A stretch of DNA of 64,000 bases, taken from contig JBFMCA010000010.1 in assembly GCA_040754955.1 (NCBI GenBank), forward strand, positions 1,041-65,040, read 5' to 3'. Positions within the stretch are counted from its first letter, which is position 1; every line of letters starts with the position of its first letter. The DNA comes from Acidobacteriota bacterium. Lineage in GTDB: Bacteria > Acidobacteriota > Vicinamibacteria > Vicinamibacterales > UBA2999. Positions 62,465 through 64,000 of the stretch are shown one piece after another. The position numbers and the translations under genes are program-made. Below the pieces are notes generated by a model. It was not told the DNA's origin. It was given only the letters and a program-made list of their open reading frames with translations, and made no database searches.

Positions 62465-63439
62465 TCACATCCCCCCCGTCACGAACGGCTCGATCGGGGC
62501 GGGCGTGAAGCAGAGGATCAGCATCAGCAGCGCCACCACCGCCAGCAGGCGGCGGCCGGGCCCGAGCTCTACCTCGTCGTCGAGGGTCGGCGGATGAGAC
62601 GGTCCCATCACGAAGACCATCACCACCATCAGGACCGTCCACACAATCCAGCTCGACGAGGTCCAGGCGAGGCCGACCGCGACGAGGATCATGGCGAGCG
62701 TCACGAACGTCGACCGCCGGCCCAGCACGGCATACGCGATGTGCCCGCCGTCGAGCTGGCCGATGGGGAACAGGTTGAGCGCGGTGGCGAGTAGCCCGAA
62801 CCACGCGGCAAAGGCCATCGGGTGCAGGTTGAGCGAGGAGCCCTCGGGCACCTCGCCCCAGAGCAGCCACGCGACGGCGCGGAACAGCAGCGGCTCGCCG
62901 AGCTCGAACCCGTCGAACTGCTCGGGCAGCGGCACCACGCGCGACAGTGCGACGCCCACGACGAGCGCCGGGACGGCTACGACGAAGCCGGCGATGGGCC
63001 CCGCGATGCCGATGTCGAAGAGCGCGATGCGCGACGGGATGCGGGATCGGATCCGGATGAACGCGCCGAGGGTGCCGGTCAGGACGATCGGCGCCGGGAG
63101 GAAGTAGGGCAGGGTCGCGTCCACGCGGTACCGGAGGCAATAGAGGTAGTGGCCCATCTCATGGCAGCCGAGAATGGCCAGCACAGTCAGGCTGTACCAG
63201 AGGCCACGGAGGTAGAAGACCGGCGAGGCGAAGTTGACGTCCGGCGTGCGCACGAAATCGGCCTCGAACGAGGCGAAGTGGTATCCGCCGACGAGCGTCG
63301 TCATCGCCAGCGTGAGGAGGAGCAGCACCACGTGCCGGCTGTAACGCTCGCGGCGCGGGGGCAGCGGAGGCGCGTAGTAAGTCCCGTCGTCGCCCGGCCA
63401 GGGGGGACGGAAGTCGGGCGACGTCAACGACACGGGCAC
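62465..63439 (-). CDS. site-2 protease family (M50) membrane metalloprotease
   Basis: HExxH in a TM helix (GCHEMGHYL) and NLFPIGQLDGGHI (the LDG motif). Multi-TM. The GTG start directly follows the ihf stop. Confidence 0.85.
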   Translation of the reverse strand: MPVSLTSPDFRPPWPGDDGTYYAPPLPPRRERYSRHVVLLLLTLAMTTLVGGYHFASFEADFVRTPDVNFASPVFYLRGLWYSLTVLAILGCHEMGHYLYCLRYRVDATLPYFLPAPIVLTGTLGAFIRIRSRIPSRIALFDIGIAGPIAGFVVAVPALVVGVALSRVVPLPEQFDGFELGEPLLFRAVAWLLWGEVPEGSSLNLHPMAFAAWFGLLATALNLFPIGQLDGGHIAYAVLGRRSTFVTLAMILVAVGLAWTSSSWIVWTVLMVVMVFVMGPSHPPTLDDEVELGPGRRLLAVVALLMLILCFTPAPIEPFVTGGM

Positions 63440-63709
63440 TTACCCGATATTCTGCAATTCTTTACCCGGTTTGAAGCGAATGGTGCGGCCGGGCGGGATG
63501 CGCACTTCCTTGCCGGTGCGCGGATTGCGGCCGATGCCGCGCTTGCGCGGTTTCACCTGGAAGACGCCAAAGCCTCTCAATTCAATACGTTCGCCACGCT
63601 GCATCGAGAGGCGCATGGCCTCGAAGACCGCATCGACGGCCAGCTCCGCCTTGACTTTCGTGATGTCGGCGATGCGCGAGACTTCGTTGACGATGTCGAC
63701 CTTGATCAT
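63440..63709 (-). CDS. HU/IHF-family DNA-binding protein (integration host factor-like)
   Basis: 89 aa. GFGVFQVKPRKRGIGRNPRTGKEVRIPPGRTIRFKPGKEL beta-arm motif. Confidence 0.9.
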   Translation of the reverse strand: MIKVDIVNEVSRIADITKVKAELAVDAVFEAMRLSMQRGERIELRGFGVFQVKPRKRGIGRNPRTGKEVRIPPGRTIRFKPGKELQNIG

Positions 63710-63742
63710 GCGCCAGGCGCTCCAAGGGTGATTCGCCTAAGT

Positions 63743-63771
63743 ATTGTATTTGGTAGCACTTACGCTGTCAA
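63743..63771 (-). promoter_or_regulatory. near-consensus sigma70 promoter TTGACA-N17-TACAAT for the ihf-M50 operon
   Basis: On the minus strand, -35 is plus 63766-63771 and -10 is plus 63743-63748. The leader is about 27 nt and contains GGAG. Confidence 0.55.
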
Positions 63772-63854
63772 AGGCGAAGTGAGTGCCCGCTGACGGCCCC
63801 GGGCCGCGGCCGTCGGAGCCCGGCCGGCGATGGCTGCAAAGTCTTGATTTCATG

Positions 63855-63860
63855 TAAGAT
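63855..63860 (+). promoter_or_regulatory. candidate -10 (TGTAAGAT) 8 nt upstream of the der GTG
   Basis: TG-TAAGAT-aggctcgc-GTG. An in-frame stop at 63860-63862 excludes any start upstream of GTG 63869. No SD. Confidence 0.3.
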
Positions 63861-63868
63861 AGGCTCGC

Positions 63869-64000
63869 GTGACGACCCAGCGCCTCCCCTCCGTCGTCAT
63901 CGTCGGACGCCCCAACGTGGGTAAGTCGACGCTGTTCAATCGGTTGACGGGAACGCGCCGATCGATTGTCACCGCGGTTCCCGGCACGACCCGGGACGTG
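63869..64000 (+). CDS. der: ribosome-associated GTPase Der/EngA, N-terminal fragment (runs off window)
   Basis: [44 protein letters not shown]: G1 P-loop GRPNVGKST and G2 PGTTRD. Confidence 0.85.
   Translation, partial: MTTQRLPSVVIVGRPNVGKSTLFNRLTGTRRSIVTAVPGTTRDV

Overview
High-GC bacterial chromosomal segment. An acidobacterial-type VWFA protein, three CarboxypepD_reg-type TonB-dependent receptors, and fused spermidine-synthase/TPR and sulfatase-like/TPR proteins suggest Acidobacteriota; this is inference only, with no search run. I call about 55 tightly packed protein genes, many with overlapping stop/start codons. I saw no rRNA, tRNA, CRISPR array, transposase, integrase or phage genes. 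Content falls into three groups. Housekeeping: rpiB, glgA, trxA-trxB, iscS-mnmA, glpX, hflX, pgsA, yicC-gmk-coaBC-udg-priA, ihf, der. Envelope: TonB-dependent receptors, a D-Ala-D-Ala carboxypeptidase, an M50 protease, a bactofilin. Polysaccharide: a roughly 12-kb divergent exopolysaccharide locus at 43.2-55.2 kb. The most notable observations are: (1) an apparently perfect 2,866-bp tandem duplication giving two TonB-dependent receptor genes that are identical from the signal-peptide cleavage site to 1 nt past the stop codon, but have unrelated signal peptides and 5' regions; (2) -10-like hexamers (often TGnTAnnnT) 6-12 nt upstream of the start codons of nine operon-first genes that lack a Shine-Dalgarno site, which suggests frequent leaderless or near-leaderless mRNAs and revises several start calls; (3) families of 7-, 8- and 10-bp tandem repeats in intergenic spacers, one of them forming a roughly 100-bp palindrome; (4) a 161-bp element bounded by perfect 17-bp inverted repeats; (5) an orphan beta-class SPPY DNA methyltransferase preceded by a small Cys/His protein. 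I did not find a convincing multi-gene novel defence-type system, so candidates carry modest scores. Many long ORFs in the six-frame track are GC-driven antisense or out-of-frame artefacts.
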